Source: Octopus bimaculoides
Taxonomy: Eukaryota
Direction: 5' to 3'
Length of the DNA stretch: 44,977 bases
Assembly: GCF_001194135.2 (NCBI RefSeq)
Contig: NC_068985.1
Coordinates: 99,352,298 to 99,397,274 of the forward strand
In this document: piece by piece, positions 11,657 through 25,500 of the stretch
Numbering within the stretch: position 1 is the stretch's first letter
Layout: every line of letters starts with the position of its first letter
The notes under the pieces: model-generated
Seen by the model: the letters and a program-made list of their open reading frames with translations, nothing else
Told to the model about the DNA's origin: nothing
Databases searched by the model: none
Program-made: the position numbers and the translations under genes

Positions 11657-12199
11657 NNNNNNNNNNNNNNNNNNNNNNNNNNNNNNNNNNNNNNNNNNNN
11701 NNNNNNNNNNNNNNNNNNNNNNNNNNNNNNNNNNNNNNNNNNNNNNNNNNNNNNNNNNNNNNNNNNNNNNNNNNNNNNNNNNNNNNNNNNNNNNNNNNNN
11801 NNNNNNNNNNNNNNNNNNNNNNNNNNNNNNNNNNNNNNNNNNNNNNNNNNNNNNNNNNNNNNNNNNNNNNNNNNNNNNNNNNNNNNNNNNNNNNNNNNNN
11901 NNNNNNNNNNNNNNNNNNNNNNNNNNNNNNNNNNNNNNNNNNNNNNNNNNNNNNNNNNNNNNNNNNNNNNNNNNNNNNNNNNNNNNNNNNNNNNNNNNNN
12001 NNNNNNNNNNNNNNNNNNATATACACCTGTCTCTCACTTTATATCTATATCTATCTATCTATCTCTCTCTCTCTATATATATATATATACAGAAAGAGAG
12101 AGAAAGAGAGAGATCTATCTTACCAAACCTCATGATTTTTATGAATATACCAATATATCAACCATATAAACTCACGGATCTTCAACCTGTTATTAGTAT

Positions 12200-12975
12200 C
12201 TTAAGTGCCTATGTACAGAACACTCGAATTTTGAGTCATTCTGCTATTTCTGTTAAATATTAATCTGTATATTTCTATTTAAGAATTTAATCATTTTAAT
12301 CTTGAAGTAATTATGTTACCAGCATAGTAAGAAAGAGCGTAACTGATAATAGACCACTTTATGCAATATTAAAATGTTCCTGCCCCGCAAATCCCAAATG
12401 AATCTACTAAGATGCGTAGAATAAAATTTTCTTCGAATCTCAAATAAAGAATGTTCATGCAATCTATATTTCGAAATTGAAGTAAAATTGCCTATGTAAT
12501 AATACATGAGATCCACTGCAACTACCTTACATAGATATACTATATACTATATTCTTCACTAAACACTGATTTTGTAAAGGACACATAATTTTGTGCTTGA
12601 AATTAGAAAGGCGTTCATTTAATTGTGCGTAGCACAGTTGGTTAAAGGAATTAGCACTAATTCTCTCAGAATTAGGTGTTAAGCCAGGAATATTAGCAGT
12701 ACTATAATCAATATTATTACTAAGTGTTATCTTAAAGGTACTGTCAATTTCACCTAAAGTACGAAAAACATGTTCAGGTAAATTATCATTAGAGATTAAC
12801 TCACAATTGAGGCTATCACTTCTACTCCTGTTGACTAATTTTGAGTTGAGATACTGTCTAATTTTACTTATGCTATGTGCTGCTATAAATTCACCCAACG
12901 TTTTGGTGGTTCAATGGGAAGATTTTACTTCTTCGTAATTATATAATTGACCATATTTATTATATTCAGTGCAGC
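12200..12975 (-). mobile_element. Decayed Penelope-like retroelement fragment: linker plus GIY-YIG endonuclease
   Basis: ORF 12527-12898 has A/T-biased third positions and ends CPLQNQCLVKNIVY. After a frameshift, ORF 12316-12516 gives YYYIG...KYRLHEHSLF...STHLSRFIWDLRGRNI. This follows the Penelope-like pattern CPLxGxCLxxxIVY...YIG...KxRxxxH..SF...STxLSxxIWxLKxxNI (motif recalled). Confidence 0.7.
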
Positions 12976-12994
12976 AAAAAATTTCCAGGGAATA

Positions 12995-13190
12995 ATATTG
13001 GTTTCATAATTTGTCACAAATCCAGGAATTTGGCGTAGGGGATAAGTCGGTTTTATCGATTCAATACTTGCCTGGTACTTATGTTATTGACGCCGGAAGA
13101 ATGAAAGATACAGTTGAACCTGACGGAATTTAAATTCGAGTCCTAAATCGGAAGGATTACCGCCAAGCATTATTCCTGGCTTGCTAAGAT
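12995..13190 (-). mobile_element. SINE group C, old diverged copy
   Basis: GGAATTTGGCGTAGGGGATAAGTCGG...CTGGTACTTATGTTATTGACGCCGGAAGAATGAAAGATACAGTTGAACCTGACGGAATTTAAATTC is colinear with 10975-11100. Confidence 0.65.
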
Positions 13191-13353
13191 AGTGAAAACG
13201 CTGTGCCTGTATTTAAATCTAACATAAAATACTGTTCGCCGCAACTGAAATCATAAATGAAGAGTTGGACAGACTGGAAAAGAGTGGAATCACCAAACAA
13301 GGTACAATAGTTATTTCTGTGTATTGCACTTTCTCATTGAAAATTGCTGGAAA

Positions 13354-13430
13354 TATTCTTTGCCACTCTAGGCACAGGGAAGGATGGAAGGCAAAGTCGA
13401 CCTCGGCAGAATTTGAACTCTGAACGTAAA
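13354..13430 (-). mobile_element. SINE group C fragment with internal deletion
   Basis: The tail CACTCTAGGCACAGG joins directly to GAAGGATGGAAGGCAAAGTCGACCTCGGCAGAATTTGAACTCTGAACGTAAA. Confidence 0.8.
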
Positions 13431-15788
13431 ACTTTACTTAAATATTAGTTAAATAATAACAATAATACCAATATGTTTAATTATTAGAAATTTGAAATTC
13501 CTACATCGGCAATATATTTGTGTAGAAAAGCTTAGACATAGAAATTTGTTAAAAAAAAAAAACATATATCTCTCACAAAGCATTTAATCAATAAGTAGTG
13601 TAATTATATCAGCCAAAATTATCTTAGTATTAGATAATGCTAAGATATTAGATAATGCAAAAATGGAATGAATCTTCAAAACTGCTTTAATCACTCCTAG
13701 TGGAATACTAAGGGTAAACATTGCTCCATCGGGGGTTAACAAATATGAAATTTATTGCTAATCATTCCATCATCGTTCAGTTTATTTCCTGCTTCAATGA
13801 CCACTGTTTCGCGTTTCTTTGTGTTGAGACTAAGCATATTTATACTGATGGTTGTTCGAAGTATTTAATCCAAGCTGTACAAAATAGCCTGTAATCAAAT
13901 TTATTATATTATTTTTAGTTAAATCCAAAGTATTTAATCTAAATCAGTTTTCCAACCTTTTCACTCTTGTGGCGCTTCTTAAAAGATTATTATTAAATTA
14001 CGTATCTTTATAAATCTTTTCCTTTCACAGTCATAATTTTAAATTTAGAAAGACATTAAGCATGTAACAAAACTGTATCCATCAGATTACCGTAAATAAT
14101 GTTTAAGAAATTTCGTGTTAACCCTGTATATCAAATTCCTCTACAAATTGTTCATTATGCCTTTATTTTCTTGTATCATGTCCTTCTTATATCCTGATGT
14201 CAATAGTTGCATCCCTAAGGGAATTTTCAATGCATGCGTAAATAAATGTATAGCTTTGCAATTAAATGCGACATAACTCAAAATGTTCTTGCATACAATT
14301 TGCTTCTTTATCTCTATTTCTCGCGGAAACTTTAGTGACCCCTAGAGAAATATAGCTGAAAACTCAGATTTAAGGAATTGCTCCTTCATTCGATTAGCTG
14401 CTCGTGAAACGGTTGCGTAACATCATTCTTTATATGCGAATGGTTATAATTTGGGATAGTATTTAAAATGCCAAAAAGATCAAAGTATAAACCATGTCAC
14501 TAATATAAAACTAAGTAGGCCGAAAAGCTGAACTGTCATAAAATCTATGTTAAATCATTGACGAAAATTCGATTTAGATTGCAATTAATACCAGATGTTT
14601 ATCCTTGCTAAGGTAGACTTCGGAAGTATTAGCTGAACATGCTTTTCAAGAATTTCGTTTAAGGCTCAATGGAGATTAATTTTCAGGCAAGAAGCTGTCA
14701 TTTCATTTGTATGACGTAACCCCTTGGTTGAGTTAAATGCTGAATTTATAAAATACCAAACCGGCCAGCACATTATGAAGAAAATTTGTTTAGATAATTG
14801 ATGTAAAGGAAAGTAATTTCTCATATCGAAATTTCTTCATATCAATAATTTTATAGTTAAAATGTTTTCATTTCCAACAGAAATCCCCACATTAGTATCG
14901 CAAATGCCTGAAATCTCAAGAGATCTTTCTTCAAATATGCAAGTTTTAAATCTCCAAGGGTGTTTACTACGTTATAATTCACATACATCTGTTATCAGAA
15001 GACATATTAACGATTGTAAGTCATTAATAATTCCACGTTAGAAAATCCAGAAGCCCGCTTGTCTAGGCCAAAGATAGGAATTTAATCTGCATGAATACAT
15101 TTGAATGACAGATATCTGTACTTTATCTCCAAAGAGTTTTAATACATCCACTTGTTATTACTAGCATTCAATCCTCTGCTCCCATCTTCTCTTTATGTAT
15201 ATGTATTTAATTCTTTCGCATTCTGTTTCAATCAGTCACTTTTATTCTTTTCCTCTGCTTCTATCTTCCAATATTTATATTACTTAGCTATTTTCCCTCT
15301 CTCGTTCTTCCTACTTCACACATAGACACATGTTTCTGATTATTTCTATGATTTTAATTGTAAGACTCTCATATCCTCTTTACTTTCGGTCTCTAAATAT
15401 TCTGCTCTTTACAACATTCGCTCCTTCCATTATCTCTTTATATCATTGTACCGCTTTAACACAATACACTTCTACTCTATCCCTGTTCTTGATTTCAAAC
15501 CTGCTTAATAAGCACGTTGATTTCTTTTATTGTAAAGACAGCGACGATAAAGTTGCGGCGATGAAGTGCCAAGTTTCCTCTTGAAATGGATTTGATTTGC
15601 ATTTACTTCATGGATGTTGTTCCACGACCATGCAGGTTGTCTAAATAACAAATTAATTTATACAACTCTTAGAAATTGAAAGAAAAATGATAACTGCGAA
15701 GTAACATTAACCAAACTGAGAAGGATTATTGCCTAATTTGGTTAATAATACATAATACAGACCTGAAAATGACTTTATAATATATTAT

Positions 15789-15949
15789 ATTCTTCTCAAG
15801 GTACAAAGCCTGAAATTTTGGGGGAGGGGACCAATCGATTAGATCGACTCCAGAACGTAACTGGTACTTAGTTTATCGACCCCGAAATGCAAAGTCGGCC
15901 TCGGCGGAATTTGAACTCTGAACGTAAAGACATACGAAATACCGCTTAG
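15789..15949 (-). mobile_element. SINE group C, 5'-truncated
   Basis: GCCTGAAATTTTGGGGGAGGGGACCAATCGATTAGATCGACTCCAG...TTTATCGACCCCGAAA..GCAAAGTCGGCCTCGGCGGAATTTGAACTCTGAACGTAAAGAC. Confidence 0.85.
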
Positions 15950-16946
15950 ACTTGATAATATATCAATTGTTACTCATGCTGCTGCAAAAAAATAGATGAG
16001 CGCACAAATAAGAGGGTTCTCCATTACTCCTACTTATTTACTGTCATATATCAGTAATAACCACCATATATATGAGGGTAGCTAATTAATTAATACTCAA
16101 TGTCGTCTGCTTGTTTGAGAGATATTAAAAATATCCTATTGGATATTTATTCTACTGAAAGATAAAACCTGAATCGTAAACAAATAATATATTTCCAAGA
16201 TATTTGTATAACTCTGAGGATGGTTTTCTGATGATTTCTGTCACTTTCCAAACGCTCAATTCATCATTGTGTTTTTCGATATTTAAATAGGAATCGCAGT
16301 TGACGGTGTACTATGTACATATCTAATACTCTGTAGTTTCAATTAATGAAAAAATGGCTTGCTCTATATTAATGATATTTTAAGTAAATTTGATTTATTT
16401 AAAAACCTTCAAAGAAATCTTTTTTGGTGATTAATAACTCCCTGTTCATATATTACCTCATCCTGTCATTCATCTAAATTTATGTTACTTAATTCCACAA
16501 GGATGATTATAAGTATTTATTCAGCTTACAACAAATCTTGCAAAAAGTTTTACCCACATAATTCTCTAGTAAATCAGAATGAATAGAAACACTGACATTT
16601 TAGTTATTGACATCCAAGTAACGGGATTGTATATTTAGAATCGTAATACTGCTCATGAATGGGATTATTTTTCTTAACCAAGAATATCAACTTGTGATAG
16701 TACGTGGTTATTTCCTTAATCTTACAGATTTTATATGTATATTAATATGAGGAAAACATATTAATTAATGGAAGGTTTTATAGCTTTTTTGAGATCTGTC
16801 AAACGAGTCCTCGTGTCAATGACTTATAAATGTCTTGTATTTACGTAATAATAAAAAATAACTATACGAGAGCTTTTACTTTGTACATACAAACAAGCCA
16901 GATGTTTCTGCACAATTCCCTGTAATTTTCCGAATATTCTTTTTTG

Positions 16947-16992
<46 letters not shown>

Positions 16993-17983
16993 NNNNNNNN
17001 NNNNNNNNNNNNNNNNNNNNNNNNNNNNNNNNNNNNNNNNNNNNNNNNNNNNNNNNNNNNNNNNNNNNNNNNNNNNNNNNNNNNNNNNNNNNNNNNNNNN
17101 NNNNNNNNNNNNNNNNNNNNNNNNNNNNNNNNNNNNNNNNNNNNNNNNNNNNNNNNNNNNNNNNNNNNNNNNNNNNNNNNNNNNNNNNNNNNNNNNNNNN
17201 NNNNNNNNNNNNNNNNNNNNNNNNNNNNNNNNNNNNNNNNNNNNNNNNNNNNNNNNNNNNNNNNNNNNNNNNNNNNNNNNNNNNNNNNNNNNNNNNNNNN
17301 NNNNNNNNNNNNNNNNNNNNNNNNNNNNNNNNNNNNNNNNNNNNNNNNNNNNNNNNNNNNNNNNNNNNNNNNNNNNNNNNNNNNNNNNNNNNNNNNNNNN
17401 NNNNNNNNNNNNNNNNNNNNNNNNNNNNNNNNNNNNNNNNNNNNNNNNNNNNNNNNNNNNNNNNNNNNNNNNNNNNNNNNNNNNNNNNNNNNNNNNNNNN
17501 NNNNNNNNNNNNNNNNNNNNNNNNNNNNNNNNNNNNNNNNNNNNNNNNNNNNNNNNNNNNNNNNNNNNNNNNNNNNNNNNNNNNNNNNNNNNNNNNNNNN
17601 NNNNNNNNNNNNNNNNNNNNNNNNNNNNNNNNNNNNNNNNNNNNNNNNNNNNNNNNNNNNNNNNNNNNNNNNNNNNNNNNNNNNNNNNNNNNNNNNNNNN
17701 NNNNNNNNNNNNNNNNNNNNNNNNNNNNNNNNNNNNNNNNNNNNNNNNNNNNNNNNNNNNNNNNNNNNNNNNNNNNNNNNNNNNNNNNNNNNNNNNNNNN
17801 NNNNNNNNNNNNNNNNNNNNNNNNNNNNNNNNNNNNNNNNNNNNNNNNNNNNNNNNNNNNNNNNNNNNNNNNNNNNNNNNNNNNNNNNNNNNNNNNNNNN
17901 NNNNNNNTGTGTGTGTGTGTGTGTGTGTGTTTGTGTGTGTGTTCAAAAAAGGGTCTTATTTCTCCTTGTTTCTTTCTGTGTTC

Positions 17984-18019
17984 CTTTCTGTGGAAGAGCG
18001 TAGGGTCGAAACTTTAAAG
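17984..18019 (+). ncRNA. Degenerate minimal type I hammerhead-like motif, probably an inactive Penelope-type remnant
   Basis: CTTT-CTGTGGA-A-GAGC-GTAG-GGTC-GAAA-C-T-TT-AAAG. Stem I CUUU/AAAG, stem II GAGC/GGUC with one G-G mismatch, GAAA intact. Core deviations are A6>U, an extra A after A9, and U where G16.2 is expected. Confidence 0.4.
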
Positions 18020-18945
18020 ACTTTTTTCAATTCCCGAGCGTTATACTAATACATCCGTTTGTTTTCTACACCACCTGTCTTCGTCTTTTGTTTTTTTTAA
18101 TGAATTCTCCCTATATGTATATATACAGACTCACACACACACACACACATGTACATATGTGTTTGTCACTGCCATCGAAGACGATCTATGAGCAGCTCAG
18201 CTTTTGTCAAACAACTTTCACAAGTGATTTGTTTATAGTGATCAAATGTTCGTTCCACACATTAGCTCATTCTATCCATCAAATTGATGTTGTCTGAACA
18301 GGCGTGGAAATGTTGGTGTGTCTCTACATATTTACTATAGACTTTACCGCCAGCATTGAGTAGGTTGACCTTTCGTACATGAAGACTCGTTGAGATACAC
18401 TTAAAAATGAAAACAATGCACTGCTAACGCAAAGTACGATACACCATTGAATAAACCCTTCATATGCTTGATAGTTTATAAGGATTCTCGAATGAAATAA
18501 GGTGTCACCCTAGCAGCAATATTTATATATATATATATATATATNNNNNNNNNNNNNNNNNNNNNNNNNNNNNNNNNNNNNNNNNNNNNNNNNNNNNNNN
18601 NNNNNNNNNNNNNNNNNNNNNNNNNNNNNNNNNNNNNNNNNNNNNNNNNNNNNNNNNNNNNNNNNNNNNNNNNNNNNNNNNNNNNNNNNNNNNNNNNNNN
18701 NNNNNNNNNNNNNNNNNNNNNNNNNNNNNNNNNNNNNNNNNNNNNNNNNNNNNNNNNNNNNNNNNNNNNNNNNNNNNNNNNNNNNNNNNNNNNNNNNNNN
18801 NNNNNNNNNNNNNNNNNNNNNNNNNNNNNNNNNNNNNNNNNNNNNNNNNNNNNNNNNNNNNNNNNNNNNNNNNNNNNNNNNNNNNNNNNNNNNNNNNNNN
18901 NNNNNNNNNNNNNNNNNNNNNNNNNNNNNNNNNNNNNNNNNNNNN

Positions 18946-18987
<42 letters not shown>

Positions 18988-19926
18988 TGTGTGTGTGTGT
19001 GTGTATACACATTTGTGTATGTGTCTGTGTGTGTGTGCATGCGTATGCTGTGAAAATTATCGCATGTGTATATGTATATATAATGCTGGACATAACAATA
19101 ATACATTCGCAGTGTAATGTTTGCGAGACATTTCCAAACCGTTGCCAACATATTTTATTACTTGTTTGATGATCTCATTGTCTACTCTTTTAAATTATTT
19201 GTTTCTTTTCATGTCTGAGATTTAGTTTAATACTATTGTTCTCCTTTTATGCGAGTTAATTTTTATATTTCTCTTATTTTGACATTTATGTCGTACAATA
19301 GGTCATCTATTGTGTTGGTTCATTGTGAGTACACATTTTAGTTGTTTTAAAATGTGTTGATGATCGCTGTCTGTGCTTGTCATAAACAGTTCTATTTATG
19401 ACTGGTATTTCTAAAATTCTTCCTATAATATTCTTAATGTATAGCAGTCAATTAGCTTCAATGCTTTCTGCTCAAAATTCTATACAAATATTTTGAAAAA
19501 ACATAGGAACCATTATTTTACTTAGGTAGCGTTTAGATTATATATTCGTACGAAAGGGAGATTTGTAGTTTATTTAATTCTGAATATCGAAATAACTTCT
19601 GGTGACATGCAAAGACATTTCGGCTGTTATGAATTACCTTGCATATCGATAAAATTTTTAGAATTATATGTTATTTCTGGTATTTTTATTTTTATACTTC
19701 GTTTCTAGATATAGTTTTCCTTTCTAATTCAAAGTTACAACACTAGATGTGAGATATTCAACAAAAAATTGAAGACAGCACTCCTGCACGCATGGCTCTT
19801 ATTGAATAATGATTTCGCATACATAGACACGTATACACATTCCACGCACAAAAGCGCGCAGACTCACGCACATATCCAAAAGTACAAACTCGTTTGTACA
19901 CGCACGCACAAACATACAATTCCTCG

Positions 19927-19958
<32 letters not shown>

Positions 19959-20344
19959 NNNNNNNNNNNNNNNNNNNNNNNNNNNNNNNNNNNNNNNNNN
20001 NNNNNNNNNNNNNNNNNNNNNNNNNNNNNNNNNNNNNNNNNNNNNNNNNNNNNNNNNNNNNNNNNNNNNNNNNNNNNNNNNNNNNNNNNNNNNNNNNNNN
20101 NNNNNNNNNNNNNNNNNNNNNNNNNNNNNNNNNNNNNNNNNNNNNNNNNNNNNNNNNNNNNNNNNNNNNNNNNNNNNNNNNNNNNNNNNNNNNNNNNNNN
20201 NNNNNNNNNNNNNNNNNNNNNNNNNNNNNNNNNNNNNNNNNNNNNNNNNNNNNNNNNNNNNNNNNNNNNNNNNNNNNNNNNNNNNNNNNNNNNNNNNNNN
20301 NNNNNNNNNNNNNNNNNNNNNNNNNNNNNNNNNNNNNNNNNNNN

Positions 20345-20407
<63 letters not shown>

Positions 20408-22533
20408 ACATATATATATATATATATGTACATATATATGTATATATATATGTATATATATATGTATGTATGTAGTTTATGTCTGTTGCATGTGCGTGTT
20501 GGTGTGTATGCGTCTGCTTATGTTTATGACAGTCTATATTTGTCTGGAACATCCACGCTTGCGATGTTTTATGATTGACTGTTAGCTATACATTTAATAA
20601 ATGAATGAGTGCACTGAATGAATTAGATAAATATCGAGATAACACAAATGGTAACTGGAATTATACGCTAGAGGTGGGAAACAGCAAAGGAACTATTGAA
20701 ATTTTCACTCAGATATGATTTCTGCAGAGAATTAACGATAGCCAACTGGCGTAATGACTGTGTGAAGCAGAAGATTATGTTATGTTAGGTGAAGAAATAT
20801 GTGTAATAGAATACAAACCGCTTCTGGAAGATACATTTCAAATGATTACACTAAGTTTCTTTTGTAATATTTATTTGTTATATTTTCTTTCTATATTTGC
20901 TTATATCTGTTTTCTTCATACATTTTATTGCTTTAGATAAAAATGGCAATGTATTCGTCGAATGCTGCCATACAATTAAACATGCATACGTACTATTACA
21001 AAGGAACACTCATATACATAGATTTATACAGAGATACTAATATACATAAGCAAACGAATAACGTACACCTGAAGAGAAACAGAAACACAGAATCAGATTC
21101 CTAGCAACAACAAACTACGCACAAACGTACTATGAGGAAGATGTCATTTAAAGATGTGTAATGCTCGCAAATATAAAAGACTTATAAAATACTTTGTTGG
21201 CGCATAATCATAGATCCAATACTCTTTTTTTCGTGTAGATATTTTTGTAGATATTTTTGCATTGTATTATGACGATATGACAGCATTGCCTATAACATAC
21301 CCAAGTTTGGAGCCGAATAAGACAATGTATAGAATGACGGTTATATGAAATAGCAACGATATTCGCCGATCACGGTCTTTATATCACCATCTTCGCAAGC
21401 GAGCAACATTACTGTTAACTGAGTTTCTTGATAAGTATTGTGTGCCCAGGTACTGAAATAGTCCTCTAGTCTCGCTGTCTCTTTCCCACTTTCATTTTCT
21501 CTCACACACACTATTGCCTCAGTTGTGTTATCCATCAAAATTTGCTGCAGTTTGCTAAAAGTCTGGCTGCGCTCATAACGTCTTACAAGTGTCCTGTGTC
21601 ATAAGCTATCATTCGTAGCAGACATTTTCTCGTTATCGTTCACACACGTCTGACTCCGGCTTAGAAGCTACAACCTGAGTTGTTATCTATAATTGTAAAA
21701 ATTAGAAGTAATCCAAATTGAATGTTTTCTTAAAACAAAAAAAATTGTAAATAGATTAGGATTTAAATTTCAATCTACGAAAAGTTTCCATTCTACAATA
21801 TCCTTAAAAAGGACTAAAACTTATCCAGCAACTCCAGCTAATACGAACGAGTCTGGTAGTTGTAAAGGACTAACTGACATCTCTTGTTAAGAGTAGAAGC
21901 GACAGTCAGATCGCTGATGTTTGTTGTGTACTCCGCTGTCGTTATTTGATTGCTGTTATTCTGTGCGTCTGTGTGTAAAGATTAGTTGTGTTTTGCAGGG
22001 TTGCTTCATTTTTACGCTTAGCTTAGAAATACACAGTGCTAGAAAAAAAAACAAACAAAAAAAACAATATGCCATTTAGGGATAGAAAATAAAGCTGAAA
22101 ATGTGAAATTCTTCGAGCAGGCATGTGTCTTATGCGAAATCTGTGATGAGCCCGAGTGACGCTGGTGACCTGGAGTCGCCTCTCATATATATACATAATA
22201 TATTCAATGTTGATAATATGTACGAAAATTTATGTTAACACAACATTAGGAAGGTAATTCACATTGGTAAAATTCTAATTGAACATCTGAAAAAAAATTT
22301 AGCTGTTAAAAAACGATAAAAAAAGAAACGCCAGACCAAATTTCACTTTAGACATTCATTCATTTAAGCAAGAGAGACTACAGAAAATAATTCTACGTAA
22401 TGCTCAATAGAAACTTATATACGTTACGCCGCAATAATTAATTGCCTATTTATTTATTTAATATAAGAAACACTTCTATAGGAAGTAACCGTATTCTATT
22501 ACTGAAGAATTATTATATTCAACAACATATACA

Positions 22534-22575
<42 letters not shown>

Positions 22576-25500
22576 GTATATATGTATGTGTATGTATGTA
22601 TGCACGTATTAGTCTACGTATTTCTGTGTGTGCGCGCACGTGTGTGTACGAAATCACTTCACTTTAGGAAATAGTGAATAAACAGATTTAGAGTTCACCC
22701 GTTTTCTGGTGTGGTGAAAATATTTCTATTGCTACTTGCAGCAACGTGAGTAGCATCCCTGGCCACGTGAAAATTGTTTAATAAGGGACCAAGAATTGGC
22801 AAAAAAAAAATTAAATTAAGAAAAAAACCCAGATATTAGTCCCACCACTACAATAAAATGTATTGGTACATCTTGTTGATATATTTAGATCGATAAACAG
22901 CTGATTCAAACTTTGTGTTCCTTAAAACCAGTTAGATTAAACTATTTTCCCATTGTACTGTATTGAGTTACTTCCCACCCACAATAAGATGGTCTGTTAC
23001 TTCTTGTATTTAACCAACCATATTTTCACAAAATATTTAGTACGTAACTGCATTCAGTGGTAACTCTCTGATGGCTAAGACTGCTTATTTCTTCTCTTAG
23101 CTCTATATCTGCAAAGCGTGGCATAGATTGAAGTCGGAAATATGTCAGGAACACACGACGTAGCATGGAGTCAGAAGTGTGTTAAATTGGCGCCTCGTCC
23201 TAAAAGAAACAATTTGCACACGTAAGGACAAATATTTTGCTGAAATTAATTTAGTCTTTCATGACCCTTATTTTACCACATGAGTATGAAGCGTATTTTC
23301 AAGCTGCTTTAAGCATGAAAAGGCCTGGAGGACTTTTTGAGGTCACAACCAGTCGAACAAAGTTGAACTTGTAGTTACCAGAGGAACTGAGTTTTCAACG
23401 AACCCTAGGTGAAAGCTAAAAGGTCTGGAAATAACAGTAAAGCGTTATTCGATTGAAATCATTGAAAAAAGGACAAGACACTACATGCTCCTACATTCGT
23501 CCATGTAGTCGGTTTCCAGAATAGGTATCTACATCTTTCGGATTCGAAAACCAAGATGGTATAGACGAAATTATAACCGTTAAAGCAACGTTCTACATGT
23601 AACAGCCGCGAAAAGAAAAAAAAAAAAAAACATTACATAAGTCCGTTGCTTACTTTTCAGTAGAAATCAATAACCATTGAAGAAGTTTGATACATTATTA
23701 ACTGACATTAGTCTGAAAGCAAAATACTGATTTTAGGAAATTACTGGAATAATTTACCGGAGACAAGATCGTATGTGGAATGCAAAGTAAAAGCATCTGG
23801 GGGTTGTTGCATTAAAATTATTTCATATCAAACATATTGTGGACAAATGTCATGGTAATGGAACAAGCACTGGAACAGACGTAAATGAAGATTCTTTAAT
23901 TTCGACCGTGAATATGTTGTGTGGAAACAAGACACTTCATCGTGTTATGTATATACAGCGTATGGAGTTGGACAAAATAACTTGTGTATTCTTTTTGAAG
24001 TTATTCTTTACGATTACTTAAAAATATTCGACTCCCAAAGTGTTAACAATAAGCTAATCAAAAAATAAAAAAATTAACATCGACCGAAAATTTTCACTTT
24101 CAATAAAATGACGTATGGAAAAAAAAAATGAAACACAGTAAATAATTGTAAAATAAAATGAGATATATAATATAGAAATAAGTCTAAACGAAAGTGAACT
24201 AAGTTAAGCTTGGCTAGTTTTCAAATTGGTTTGCTTATCGATTTGTAATCATCGAGTCCCCAAAATAAGTTATAAAATATATACCGTAGTGAAATATTCC
24301 ATCCTGTGTGAAAGGCACTTAATTTTACTTTTGTCCATTACGGTTGTAAGATATATTTCTTACAAGTCGACAGCAGCGAATCTGTGAAGAAATATTTGCA
24401 TCGCCTCTTGGGTTTTTGCTTTCACTGCAATTTCGATGAGCTTGCCTTCGATAATCAATAGAGATATTTATTTATTGTTGTTGTGTTAGCTTAATTTGTA
24501 ACCGGAATAATGTCTTAGATGTGTTTCATACAGGGCTTGAAGAATTTTTATTGTCCAATAAACATGTCAGCATGGAATATACTACACTGTCCGTTGGTCA
24601 GTGAATTGACTGCAAATAGTATAAAAAGCAGTTTGAATCTCGTTCAGGAAATGATGTTTTAAAGTAGATAAATAAGTTTTGTTCCAACGGGTAACGAAAG
24701 AGTGGGGAAAATACATTATAAAAGTGTCTTGAAAAAGAAGAAGAAAATAATAGGGAAAATAATTACACACATCCTATAGTTTGGGTATTCTTCTACGTAT
24801 ATCACGGAAGCTATTGTCCCACTGGGGTTTCATGAAAACACAAGTAGATTACAGTTTTTATTCTATTTTTCCTTTCAAATATCTGAAAAGTTAATTCGTA
24901 GTTTATGTTAAGTTTCTATTCAGGACGTGCTCTTTCTTCCGACAAACGAGAGATAGATGAAAAAAAAAAAAAAAGGTCACTACACTCGAACTAAAAGTAT
25001 ATTGCTATCTGAGTTGAAAATATTACATGCCTTCTCACGAAACAATATTGGTTGCCAATTCATCACCAACGGTTAGATATTCTTCTGGAAATGATATTTA
25101 CTCGTAATATCTACGTAGAAAGATAGTTGATGTTAAAGGGTTTAATATACTGCTGCTGTATATCAGAAGTCAGAACTCATTACAAACCCTATAATCAAGA
25201 CCTATTCATCCGTAACGTTAATCTTTTGTCAAGTTATAATGAAACTAGAACTATATTATCGTGTTTGTACATGCACTTTGTAATTATGTGCGATGTGAAG
25301 GAGTTCTGCATGCCATTGATAGTATTTTGAGCTATTACATAAGGAGTCCGTAGTTGGTTTGTTGTAGATGAATGTACAAAATTGTGGTAAGCAAAAAAAT
25401 GTATAATTTATATGTTCAGAGCATTCACTAACAACCGGTTTTCAAATTAATTTATCCCATTAACTTCAAGGTGGGTGACCGACTTTAGCAGGCCCCTATT

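Noticed and set aside
16150-16460. Minus-strand peptides (IIRKPSSELYKYL, DEVIYEQG) reminiscent of Penelope RT
   Set aside because: Motif spacing is inconsistent and the sequence is AT-rich enough for chance matches.
22138-22185. GTGATGA box C of a possible C/D snoRNA
   Set aside because: There is no box D (CTGA) or terminal stem at a suitable distance.
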